Source of the DNA: Candidatus Thiodiazotropha sp. (ex Ustalcina ferruginea)
Lineage (GTDB): Bacteria > Pseudomonadota > Gammaproteobacteria > Chromatiales > Chromatiaceae
DNA: 46,619 nucleotides
Direction of reading: 5' to 3'
NCBI GenBank assembly: GCA_025656375.1
Contig: JAHXHU010000228.1
Location: 1 to 46,619 of the forward strand
Shown here: in pieces, positions 31,976 to 41,378 of the stretch
Position numbering within the stretch: the first letter of the stretch is position 1
Layout: each line of letters starts with the position of its first letter
Position numbers and translations under genes: made by a program
Notes under the pieces: model-generated
The model's input: only the letters and a program-made list of their open reading frames with translations
Told to the model about the DNA's origin: nothing
Database searches by the model: none

Positions 31976-33072
31976 ATGGCTGAAGAACTCAAACGTATCG
32001 GTAAAACTCTCGGAGAGAGTTTGCGTGAAAGGGGTGTCTCAAGGCGGGGATTCCTGAAATTCTGCAGCGCCACGGCCTCTATGATGGCACTGCCCCCCGC
32101 GATGGTGCCTGCTATTGCCGCATCGCTTGAGAAGGCAAAGCGACCCTCGGTTATCTGGCTCTCATTTCAGGAGTGTACCGGCTGTACCGAATCCCTTACA
32201 CGCAGCCATTCGCCCAGTGTCGAAAACCTTATCTTCGACCATATTTCACTCGACTATCATCATACCTTGCAAGTCGCCTCTGGTGCTGCTGCAGAAGCAG
32301 CTCGTGAAGCGGCAATGCATGAGAATGAAGGTAAGTACATTGTTGTGGTAGACGGCTCCATCCCACTGGGCAATCCGGGCTATTCTGCAATAGCCGGTAT
32401 CAGTAATCTGCAGATGTTGGAAGAGACGGTTGCCGGTGCGGCAGCGGTGGTTGCGGTAGGTACCTGTGCGGCATTTGGTGGCCTTCCTCAGGCCAGTCCC
32501 AATCCAACCGGTGCAGTCTCGGTTTCAGATATCGTTAAGGACAAACCGGTTGTCAATGTCCGCCTATCCCAACAGTCATCACCGGTGTACTGGCCCACTT
32601 TTTAACCTTCGGTTCACTCCCTGAGTTGGATAGTCTTGGTAGGCCGATGGTCTTCTTCGGTAAGAGTATTCATGACCGATGCTACCGTCGTCCATTTTAT
32701 GACAAGGGACTGTTTGCTGAAACCTTCGACGATGAAGGCGCACGTAAGGGATGGTGTCTCTACCGGCTGGGCTGCAAGGGGCCAATGACCTATAACGCAT
32801 GCGCCACCACAAAATGGAATCAAGGCACCAGCTGGCCTGTTGAGTCGGGTCATGGCTGTTTAGGCTGTTCTGAGCCCAATTTTTGGGATGCCGGCGGCTT
32901 CTATAATGCACTCTCAATACCTGACAGCGATATCACCCGACAAGCAGCCTATGTCTTAGGTGCCGGTGTAGCCCTTGGTGCGGCGGCCGGTGCAATCAAT
33001 CGCAACAAACAGTCCAAGGCTGCTTCAGCGCATGAGACCGTAACTATAGACGACTTGGATAAGAAATCATGA
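31976..33072 (+). pseudogene. hynS: [NiFe]-hydrogenase small subunit, frameshifted near 32560
   Basis: Tat signal SRRGFLK, ECTGC and GTCA. After the shift: PIPTVITGVLAH...HDRCYRR, WCLYRLGCKGP, GHGCLGCSE and a C-terminal anchor. The GCPP motif is disrupted. Confidence 0.9.
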
Positions 33073-33731
33073 GTACACCAATGGACTTTCTTTTGTGGGT
33101 GAGGGGACCAGGCTTTGATATCGCATTGGTCATCTTTTTGATTGGCATTTTAATCCGCCTGCTTGAGGTTCTGATACTGGGGCGTAAACCCGACTACTCG
33201 GAGCCTAGAGGTGCGGAACTGGGTGCGGGACTGCGGACCGTATTGATCCGAACCCTGCCAGAGCAAGGTTCGTTCAAGCGTTCACCATTCACTGTTGTGG
33301 GTGGCTATGTTTGGCATATCGGCTTCTTCATCACCCTGTTTCTGTTTGTACCGCATATTGAATTGATCAATGCCATGATTGGTCTTAGTTGGCCCGGTAT
33401 AGCCAGTAACCTGATCGATGCGGTAGCCGCCGTAACGATTGTCACCCTGTTGGCGATGCTTTTTAGTCGCTTGAGTCATCCGGTAAAGCGGTTTCTCAGC
33501 GGGCCTGAAGATTACCTCACATGGTTAGTGACGTTTCTGCCGATGTTGACCGGTTATCTGGCCTATCATCGAATGATCGATCCCTATCCACTGGTATTGG
33601 GGTTGCATATCCTCAGCGAGGAATTGTTGATGGTGGTATTTCCTTTTACCAAACTGATGCATGCCTTCACCTTTATTTTTGCTCGCTGGTATAACGGCGC
33701 CATGGCAGGTCGCAGAGGAGTTCAGTCATGA
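33069..33731 (+). CDS. isp1: Isp1, NarI/DsrM-like membrane cytochrome b
   Basis: About five TM segments, WHIG, PHI, LHILS.E and FPFTKLMH; located between the small and large subunit genes. Confidence 0.85.
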   Translation: MSTPMDFLLWVRGPGFDIALVIFLIGILIRLLEVLILGRKPDYSEPRGAELGAGLRTVLIRTLPEQGSFKRSPFTVVGGYVWHIGFFITLFLFVPHIELINAMIGLSWPGIASNLIDAVAAVTIVTLLAMLFSRLSHPVKRFLSGPEDYLTWLVTFLPMLTGYLAYHRMIDPYPLVLGLHILSEELLMVVFPFTKLMHAFTFIFARWYNGAMAGRRGVQS

Positions 33732-35001
33732 GCGAGGCAACAATTGAAAGAGGCCTGAATCTCTTTCGTGAGCAGATGAATGCACCGATTGCATCCTTCT
33801 TCTCAAGTTGTGTGAACTGTGGCATGTGTGCTGAAGCTTGTCTCTTCTATACCGAGACTGGCGATCCAAAGTACACACCCATCAATAAGCTGGAGCCATT
33901 CCGTCGTGTCTGGGAGCAAGAGTATACCCTTTGGGGTAAATTGAAATCACTGCTTGGGATGAGTAAACCAGTCACCGATGAACTGCTCGAAGAGTGGGAA
34001 CCGTTGATCTACGATGCATGTACCTTGTGTGGGCGATGCTCCATGGTCTGTCCTGTAGGTAACGATATCAGCTATATGATTCGGCACGCCAGAGAGGGAT
34101 TCGTTGCAGCAGGTTATGCACCGGAGGGTATCAAAGGTGCAAGTCGCAGAGCTATCACCATTGGTAGTCCCATGGGTGTTAAATATCCCGCATTAGCAGC
34201 ACAAATCAAGCACATTGAGGCCGACACCGGATTGACGATTCCTGTCGATGTCGAGGGCGTCGACTACATGGCGCTGCTCTCTTCCATGGAGATCATGAAC
34301 TTTCCAGAATATATGGAAGCCTTGGCCCGTATCTTTAAACAGGCAGGTGTGACCTGGACAATCAGCTCCGAAGCATTTGAAGCTACCAATTCCGGTATAC
34401 AGATCGGGTCGTCAGATATCGCGAGAGAACTTGTCAACCGGGTCGTGGTCGCTGCTGATAAATTGAAAGTGAAGTATGTCATCAGTCCTGAGTGTGGACA
34501 TGCCTATACCGCGATCCGTTGGGAAGGACCCAATCTCATTGGTCGACCCTATAACTTTAAAGTTGTTCATATCCTGGAGCTGCTGGATGAGTTGCGTGCC
34601 AGTGGTCGCTTAAAGACAGAGGGTATGGAAGATGACCGTCTGACCTTTCATGATCCTTGTCAGATCGTGCGTAAGGGTGGCGTGTTGGAGCCACCTAGCA
34701 ATCTGCTCAATATGGTAGCCAGCAACTTTGTCGATATGCAGGATCCCAGAGAGATGAACTGCTGCTGTGGCGGTGGCGGAGGTGTCTCAGCGCCAATGAG
34801 CGAGCCGAATCGTTACGTCTCAAGGTATTTAAACGCAAGAAATCCCAATTAGACGACCTGAATGTAGACACCCTGGTCACTGCCTGCGCAAATTGCAGAT
34901 TGATCATTGAAGAGGGTCTTGAAGAGTACCGCATGGAGATTCCCGTAGTGGGATTGACGGAGATGATTGCGGAACATCTGGTTGATGAGAAAAATGAGTA
35001 G
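33728..35001 (+). pseudogene. isp2: Isp2, DsrK/HdrD-like Fe-S protein, frameshifted near 34786
   Basis: CVNCGMCAEAC, CTLCGRCSMVCP, ECGH, HDPC and CCGGGGG. The tail SANERAE...LVTACANCRL...HLVDEKNE lies in another frame, ending at TAG 34999-35001. Confidence 0.88.
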
Positions 35002-35046
35002 CCCCACTGAGTACGGCTTTATCGTACCGTTAGGAGACGAGAGAAA

Positions 35047-36768
35047 ATGAGTGACAGAATCGTCGTTGATCCCATCACAAGAATCGAAGGCCACCTGCGC
35101 ATCGAAGCCCAGATGGAAGGTGATCAGATAGCCAGTGCCTATTCATCCGGCACCATGGTTCGTGGTATCGAAATCATACTCAAAGGCAGAGATCCTCGTG
35201 ATGCCTGGGCCTTCGCCCAACGTATCTGTGGTGTCTGCACTTTAGTACATGGTATCGCATCGGTACGTTCAGTGGAGGATGCCCTCAACTATCCGATTCC
35301 TGCAAATGCCCAGTTGATCCGTAATTTAATGATCGGCGCCCAGTATATCCACGATCATGTGATGCATTTCTATCATCTACACGCACTTGATTGGGTGGAT
35401 GTGGTGTCAGCGCTCTCTGCAGATCCAGGACAGACTGCAGCGCTTGCACAATCTATCAGCAACTGGCCAAAGACCTCTCCCTGTTATTTTTCGGATATAA
35501 AAAGGAAACTGAAAGGTTTTGTTGAGGCGGGACAGTTGGGAATATTTGCCAAGGCCTATTGGGGGCATTCGGTCTACAAATTGCCGCCGGAAGCCAATCT
35601 GATGGCGGTTGCTCACTATTTAGAGGCCCTCGACTGGCAGCGCGATGTTGTAAAGTTGCATACCATCTTTGGTGGTAAGAACCCCCATCCCAATTTCGTA
35701 GTAGGTGGTGTGGCATCTGCCATCGATCTCAACTCTGACTCTGCCATCAATAGCAAGAAACTGTCGCAGGTTCAGGATGTCATCCACAAGATGCGTGAGT
35801 TTACCGATCAAGTCTATGTGCCTGACACCCTGGCGATAGCAAGTTTTTATAAGGATTGGGGGGAGCGTGGTGAGGGATTGGGTAATTTCATGTGTTATGG
35901 CGATCTGCCTAGCACATCAATGGATGATCCGGACAGTTTCTTTTTCCCCAGCGGGGTTATCCTCGATCGGGACCTATCTACTGTACATCCACTGGATCTG
36001 AACAGTGCTGAAGAGATTCAGGAACATATATCCCACTCATGGTACGACTATCCCGGTGGTAAGGAGCAGGGGTTGCACCCCTATGACGGTGAAACGACAC
36101 TTAATTACACAGGTCCAGAGCCACCTTATGAGCATCTGAATGTGGATGAGTCCTACTCCTGGTTAAAAGCACCAAGATGGAAGGGTAAATCTGTCGAAGT
36201 AGGGCCTTTGGCACGTGTCCTGATGATGTATGCCAAGGGACATGAGCAGACCAATGAATTGGTCGACATGACATTGAGTCAATTGGATTTACCGGCTCGG
36301 GCGCTTTTCTCGACGTTGGGCAGGACAGCCGCAAGAACCCTTGAAACCAAGATCCTCGCCGATGCCATGCAGGGCTGGTATGACCGGTTGATCGCCAATA
36401 TCAAGGCAGGCGACACCAGGACTTTCAATGAAACATTGTGGGAGCCTGCCACATGGCCTAAGCAGTGTAAGGGTGTTGGCTTTATGGAGGCGCCACGCGG
36501 TGCCCTGGGGCACTGGATCGTCATCGAGGATGGCAAGATTGCCAATTACCAGGCAGTAGTCCCCAGTACCTGGAATGCAGGACCCCGGGACAGTACGGGA
36601 CAGACCGGCGCGTATGAGGCCGCGTTACAGGATAATCACCAGCTAGCCGATGTGAAACAGCCGGTGGAGATTCTCAGGACCATACACAGTTTTGATCCTT
36701 GTATAGCTTGTGCCGTTCATCTCTCGGATGAAGACGGTGAGGAGATGTTGCAGCTAAAAGTGACCTGA
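35047..36768 (+). CDS. hynL: [NiFe]-hydrogenase large subunit (group 1, Isp-type)
   Basis: DPITRIEGH, RGIE, L1 QRICGVC, L2 SFDPCIACAVH and a cleavable C-terminal tail. Confidence 0.95.
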   Translation: MSDRIVVDPITRIEGHLRIEAQMEGDQIASAYSSGTMVRGIEIILKGRDPRDAWAFAQRICGVCTLVHGIASVRSVEDALNYPIPANAQLIRNLMIGAQYIHDHVMHFYHLHALDWVDVVSALSADPGQTAALAQSISNWPKTSPCYFSDIKRKLKGFVEAGQLGIFAKAYWGHSVYKLPPEANLMAVAHYLEALDWQRDVVKLHTIFGGKNPHPNFVVGGVASAIDLNSDSAINSKKLSQVQDVIHKMREFTDQVYVPDTLAIASFYKDWGERGEGLGNFMCYGDLPSTSMDDPDSFFFPSGVILDRDLSTVHPLDLNSAEEIQEHISHSWYDYPGGKEQGLHPYDGETTLNYTGPEPPYEHLNVDESYSWLKAPRWKGKSVEVGPLARVLMMYAKGHEQTNELVDMTLSQLDLPARALFSTLGRTAARTLETKILADAMQGWYDRLIANIKAGDTRTFNETLWEPATWPKQCKGVGFMEAPRGALGHWIVIEDGKIANYQAVVPSTWNAGPRDSTGQTGAYEAALQDNHQLADVKQPVEILRTIHSFDPCIACAVHLSDEDGEEMLQLKVT

Positions 36769-36793
36769 AAGTCCAATCACCTTACCGATTATT

Positions 36794-36828
36794 AAGCTTC
36801 TGCCTGAAAGGGTAGAAGCTTTTTTTTG
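36794..36828 (+). terminator. Intrinsic terminator after hynL
   Basis: AAGCTTCTGCCT-GAAA-GGGTAGAAGCTT followed by a T run. Confidence 0.8.
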
Positions 36829-37037
36829 AATTTTGAAATATGAATGTTGAGTTTTGAAATAGTAGTGTTCGCTTCGCTCACAGTTTTTTTCCTCTTTAAC
36901 TAACCAATAGCCTGATTCAGTGTGAAGGGTGTGGCCCTGTCGCACATGTCAACTTGATCTATTTAGGCTGTCGGTTTTCAGCTTCATTTCATTTCCCTCT
37001 GCCATGCTCTCTCTCAAATTGAGATAAATGAGAGAAA

Positions 37038-37601
37038 ATGATGAAAATTGAACAGGAAATTAAGGTATGGGATCCACTGGTTCGGCTGTTTCACTGCCTG
37101 GTAGGCGCATTTGCTGTTGTATGGCTGACAGAAGACGAATGGATGGATCTGCATGCCTACGCTGGCTATGTTATTGCCTCGCTGCTGCTGTTTCGTCTCC
37201 TATGGGGTGTGTTTGGGACTCGCTATGCCCGATTCAGTGATTTCGTAAAATCTCCCGCCAGTGTTATCAGCTATCTGCAAGATCTGCGACATTTGCGAGC
37301 AAAGCGCACCATCGGTCACAACCCGGCTGGTGGTGCAATGATCGTCGCCTTGTTGGTTACGCTCCTGATAACCACTTTTACCGGTTTACTGGCCTATGGC
37401 GCCACTGGAGCAGGTCCAATGGCAGGCTTGCTCTTTACTCAATCGTCCTATGGCAGTGAGTTTTTTGAAGAGGTCCATGAGTTTTTTGCCAACTTCACGC
37501 TTCTTCTTATGGTGATTCATTTGGCGGGTGTGACATTTGGCTCTCTCTTACATAAGGAAAATCTGGTGCGTTCAATGATTACAGGCACAAAACAGGGCTG
37601 A
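37038..37601 (+). CDS. Cytochrome b/b6-domain membrane protein (SHP/DHC-associated type)
   Basis: VWDPLVRLFH, HAYAGY, RLLWG, GHNPAGG, EVHE, IHLAGV and ENLVRSMITG. Confidence 0.88.
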   Translation: MMKIEQEIKVWDPLVRLFHCLVGAFAVVWLTEDEWMDLHAYAGYVIASLLLFRLLWGVFGTRYARFSDFVKSPASVISYLQDLRHLRAKRTIGHNPAGGAMIVALLVTLLITTFTGLLAYGATGAGPMAGLLFTQSSYGSEFFEEVHEFFANFTLLLMVIHLAGVTFGSLLHKENLVRSMITGTKQG

Positions 37602-37621
37602 TTAGAAAGGTAAATAATGAC

Positions 37622-38050
37622 ATGAATATACCATCCACTCTTTTTCTATTGCTGCTCTGCAGCCCATTCTCTCTCCAGGCAGGCGCTACGGAGGTGCTAC
37701 TCGATCAATATCAAGCCAGTGGAGCAGGACCGTTTACAGCAGAGCAGGGAGCGGCTGAGTGGGGTCGAACGGTCATTCATGCAAATAACGGTCAGACAAG
37801 GAGCTGTAGTGATTGCCATGGCGAAGATCTGACAAAAGCAGGTCGTCACACAAAGACGGGAAAGCGTATTGAACCGATGGCACCTTCTGTTAATTCACAA
37901 CGCTTGAGCGATCCGAAAAAGATAGAGAAGTGGTTCAAGCGAAACTGTAAATGGACATGGGGAAGGACATGCACTGCGCAGGAGAAGGGTGATCTGCTGC
38001 ACTACTTACAAACCTACGTTCGGGTTAGTACAACTGGAGATGGGATATGA
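37622..38050 (+). CDS. SHP-like (DUF1924) monoheme cytochrome c
   Basis: Signal peptide, CSDCH, GRHTKTGKRIEPMAP and KIEKWFKRNC...GRTCTAQEKGD. Confidence 0.85.
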   Translation: MNIPSTLFLLLLCSPFSLQAGATEVLLDQYQASGAGPFTAEQGAAEWGRTVIHANNGQTRSCSDCHGEDLTKAGRHTKTGKRIEPMAPSVNSQRLSDPKKIEKWFKRNCKWTWGRTCTAQEKGDLLHYLQTYVRVSTTGDGI

Positions 38051-38622
38051 AAATACGTTCCTATTGGTTATTCTTTCTATTGGGTAGCTTGACAGTTTTG
38101 GGTGCTGGTATGGCAATGGCCGATCGTGACGATGAGAGAGGTGAAAGATTCTATTCCCGCTGGTTTAAGCCAGATTTCATGGTATATAACAACCAGGAGA
38201 GCCAACGCTATCAGGAAGAGTGTGGAAGTTGTCATTTCCCCTTTCAACCGGGTTTTCTTCCGGCGTCTTCCTGGCAGACAATGTTGACCAGCCTAGATGA
38301 TCATTTTGGTGAAAATGCGGAGCTGAGTGAAGAGGATAATACGCGATTATTGAGTTATCTTAGCGCAAACTCTGCGGATGTGGTCGATCGGGAGATACCC
38401 AAAAAGGTGATGTGGTCTCTACGCGATGTACCCTCACCGCAACGTATCACTGAAACGGCCTTTTTTAAGCACGAACATAATGAAATACCCACTCGAATAT
38501 TGGATGGTAATGGAGAGACGATCTCTTTCAGTAACTGTGATACTTGCCATACCAAAGCACTGCAGGGCTCCTATGATGAGGACGAAATCAATATACCGGG
38601 TATCGGGCAATGGGATGATTAG
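38047..38622 (+). CDS. Diheme cytochrome c (DHC)
   Basis: Signal peptide, CGSCH, LPASSW, LDDHFGENA, RITETAFF..EH and CDTCH. Confidence 0.88.
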   Translation: MKIRSYWLFFLLGSLTVLGAGMAMADRDDERGERFYSRWFKPDFMVYNNQESQRYQEECGSCHFPFQPGFLPASSWQTMLTSLDDHFGENAELSEEDNTRLLSYLSANSADVVDREIPKKVMWSLRDVPSPQRITETAFFKHEHNEIPTRILDGNGETISFSNCDTCHTKALQGSYDEDEINIPGIGQWDD

Positions 38623-38625
38623 TAG

Positions 38626-38928
38626 ATGATTAAGCTTCCAGCATTACTATGGGCTCTCCTTTTTCTCATGGCAACATCCTTGTTATTGGCCGATGAGGGT
38701 TATCAGGAAGCGCGACTGTTAACAGAATCTGGTCATATTCTGCCCTTGCAAGAGCTGTTACAAGTCATTCAAGCAGAGCAATCCGGCGGTGTCCTTGAAG
38801 TTGAGTTTGAGCACAAAGGTGACCTGTATCTGTATGAGATCGAAATACTCGATAAGCAGGGTGCTGTGTGGGAGTTCAAGGTCGATGCAGCCAGCGGTGA
38901 AATTCTCAAACGAGAGTTGGAGGATTGA
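38626..38928 (+). CDS. Secreted PepSY-domain protein
   Basis: Signal peptide, ILPL, VLEVEFE, YEIEI and VDAASGEIL. Confidence 0.85.
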   Translation: MIKLPALLWALLFLMATSLLLADEGYQEARLLTESGHILPLQELLQVIQAEQSGGVLEVEFEHKGDLYLYEIEILDKQGAVWEFKVDAASGEILKRELED

Positions 38929-38931
38929 CCA

Positions 38932-39600
38932 TTGCGTCTGCTACTGGTTGAAGATGATGAACTACTCTCCACTTCGTTAAGGCACGATCTTGAGCAGCAA
39001 GGGTTTGCAGTAGATCTGGCAAAAGAGGGTGTTGAAGCAGAGTTCATGGGCGATGAGATGGCGTATGATCTCATTGTTTTGGATTTAGGCTTGCCGATCC
39101 GATCCGGTATTGAGGTTTTGCAGAACTGGCGGTCCAGAGACAATCATACACCGGTGATTATTCTGACAGCCCGTGATGCATGGCATGAAAGAGTCGCTGG
39201 ATTCAAGGCTGGGGCAGATGACTATCTGGGTAAGCCTTTTCATGTGGAAGAGCTTATAGTACGGCTTCAAGCATTGATTCGGCGCAGTCATGAAATGGTC
39301 GGTAACCGACTGAAGTCAGGTGGGTTGGAACTTGATGAAGAGCGGCAGCAGGTGATACTTCCAACTCAGCAACGACTCGAGCTCACCGGCACTGAGTTTC
39401 GGCTGTTGCGCTGTTTTATGCTGAACAAAGGTAAAATACTCTCTAAAACCCGTCTTACAGAACATGTATACGAACAGGACTTCGACCGCGATAGCAATCT
39501 AATTGAGGTTTATATTCGACGCTTGCGTGATAAATTAGGGTGTCAAGTCATAAAAACCCGTCGCGGACAAGGCTATATCTATGTCGGTGTTGAGACTTAA
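38932..39600 (+). CDS. OmpR-family response regulator (BqsR/CarR-like)
   Basis: LLVEDD, LDLGLP, ILTAR, GADDYLGKPF, SNLIEVYI.RLR.K and TRRGQGY. Confidence 0.93.
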   Translation: MRLLLVEDDELLSTSLRHDLEQQGFAVDLAKEGVEAEFMGDEMAYDLIVLDLGLPIRSGIEVLQNWRSRDNHTPVIILTARDAWHERVAGFKAGADDYLGKPFHVEELIVRLQALIRRSHEMVGNRLKSGGLELDEERQQVILPTQQRLELTGTEFRLLRCFMLNKGKILSKTRLTEHVYEQDFDRDSNLIEVYIRRLRDKLGCQVIKTRRGQGYIYVGVET

Positions 39601-40921
39601 TTCCCTCGAACATCGCCTGCATATAGGCTTGGCAATCAGCCTCATCATATTGATGGGGCTGTTATGGCTGTTTGGGGCGAGATCAATTGAAGATCTCACC
39701 GAGGATTTCATTGCATCCAGGCTGGAACAGGATGGTGAAGCATTGTTGGGTGCGATCGTTTTAAAACAGCAACATCTCAAGGTAAGACCTGCGCGTATCA
39801 ATCAGATCTACCTTCGCCCCTATTCCGGACATTACTACCTTATTCGTCAGGCAAATGGACGTGAAGTCACCTCACGTTCACTCTGGGATTTCAAACTTCA
39901 GATACCCTCAATGGATGCTGGTAAGAGTGAACGATTCTACCTGCGTGGACCTGAAAAACAACAGTTATTGGTTTGGGTGGTGGGCTTTAGAAAACAGGGT
40001 ATGGATCTGACGGTGGCTGTTGCAGAAGATTTAATGCCGATTAAAAAGCAACGTGATCTTTTTCTACGTAACTTTGCTTTACTGGCACTGGCGAGTCTGG
40101 TGATATTGCTGATTGTGCAGGGTGTGGTAGTGCGTCAGGCGTTCCGCCAACTCAAACCCTTGAGAGAGGATGTGAAAAGTCTCTCTTCGGGACAGGAGAA
40201 ACTGTTGAGAGAAGATGTACCGAGTGAAATGACGCCATTGGTCAGGGAAGTGAATCATCTGTTGCAGTTACTCTCTAAACGCAATGAACGATCACGTAAT
40301 GCCTTGGGCAATCTTGCACACGCTCTCAAGGGTCCACTCAATCTTCTAACCCGGTACATAGACAAGCAACTATTGGATAAAAACGAGACTGAAAGTAGAC
40401 AGGCAGGTCAACAGGTTGAGCGAATACGGTTACTGATTGATAGAGAGTTAAAGCGTGCCCGCCTAGCGGGTGGTGGAACAATGAGTCAAAGATTTGATGC
40501 GCAAATCGATCTGCAGGATTTATTGGATGTCTTAAAGCAAATCTATCACGAGAAACAGTTACAATTCACAAAGCATGTGTCGAGTGATCTGCAACCATTT
40601 GGAGATCGGGAAGATATTCTGGAGTTACTTGGTAATCTTCTGGATAACGCCTGTAAATGGGCAGAAGGCAGGGTTCATTGCAGCGTATCTGGAATCACTC
40701 AGTTAGCTATTTCTGTAGAAGACGACGGACATGGTCTAGAGGATGAAGATGTGGTGCGTTTGACCCAACGTGGCAGCCGCCTGGATGAGAATAAAGAAGG
40801 ACATGGACTAGGGTTGGCTATAGTTTATGACGTGGTCCGACTCTATAATGGGCAAATAGAATTCGATCGTTCACCTAAACTTCATGGGCTTAGGGTTAAT
40901 GTTGTTTTGAATCATTTGTAA
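39581..40921 (+). CDS. Sensor histidine kinase (BqsS/CarS-like)
   Basis: Two TM segments, YSGHYY..SRSLWD periplasmic motif, LAHALKGPL, GNLLDNACKW, EDDGHG and GHGLGL. Confidence 0.92.
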   Translation: MSVLRLNSLEHRLHIGLAISLIILMGLLWLFGARSIEDLTEDFIASRLEQDGEALLGAIVLKQQHLKVRPARINQIYLRPYSGHYYLIRQANGREVTSRSLWDFKLQIPSMDAGKSERFYLRGPEKQQLLVWVVGFRKQGMDLTVAVAEDLMPIKKQRDLFLRNFALLALASLVILLIVQGVVVRQAFRQLKPLREDVKSLSSGQEKLLREDVPSEMTPLVREVNHLLQLLSKRNERSRNALGNLAHALKGPLNLLTRYIDKQLLDKNETESRQAGQQVERIRLLIDRELKRARLAGGGTMSQRFDAQIDLQDLLDVLKQIYHEKQLQFTKHVSSDLQPFGDREDILELLGNLLDNACKWAEGRVHCSVSGITQLAISVEDDGHGLEDEDVVRLTQRGSRLDENKEGHGLGLAIVYDVVRLYNGQIEFDRSPKLHGLRVNVVLNHL

Positions 40922-41162
40922 CCATTTCGGAAATTATTGTTCGAGGGAAAAACAACCCGAAAATGAACAATAATCAATGCAATTTGTATCATATGTGAAA
41001 TGGTTAACTGGCTAATCTCGAAACTTGCATCCAGGCCATTCTTCTTCGCAATCTGAAAACTGATATATACTGTGGGAATCTAATTGGAATAAAAGTAAGT
41101 ACTTGAAAGTGACATAACTACTGTAATTTATAGTATCTATTTGCACGATCAGGACCCAGCCT

Positions 41163-41363
41163 ATGAACCGTTCGATCCGCACCCGACAACGATTGGTTGG
41201 CGTATCCTTGTTAGGACTATTGTTCTATTTCTCGCCAATTTTGACCCTATTCGATAAGACTACTGAGTGGGCCGGATTTCCCATCAGCTATCTCTATCTC
41301 TTTGGCATCTGGCTGGCACTGATCCTCTTGGCCGCTTGGATGGTCGAGGGTAGAAAGCCATAA
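41163..41363 (+). CDS. Small two-TM membrane protein preceding the SLC5 kinase
   Basis: 66 aa, two hydrophobic segments, GFPISYLYLFGIW; 15 nt upstream of the SLC5 gene. Confidence 0.75.
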   Translation: MNRSIRTRQRLVGVSLLGLLFYFSPILTLFDKTTEWAGFPISYLYLFGIWLALILLAAWMVEGRKP

Positions 41364-41378
41364 CGTCATGTAGGTGTC

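Noticed and set aside
36688-36720. [NiFeSe] hydrogenase
   Set aside because: The L2 motif is DPCIAC with Cys codons and no in-frame TGA.
37088-37103. FHCLV in the cytochrome b where FHWSLV is typical, plus ATTG at the regulator start (38931) and an out-of-frame ATG before pabC (12618)
   Set aside because: These may be further small indels, but each ORF is open and I cannot support a lesion without alignments.
40933-40974. 10-bp inverted repeat ATTATTGTTC...GAACAATAAT
   Set aside because: AT-rich, 22-nt spacer and no U tract; no function can be assigned.
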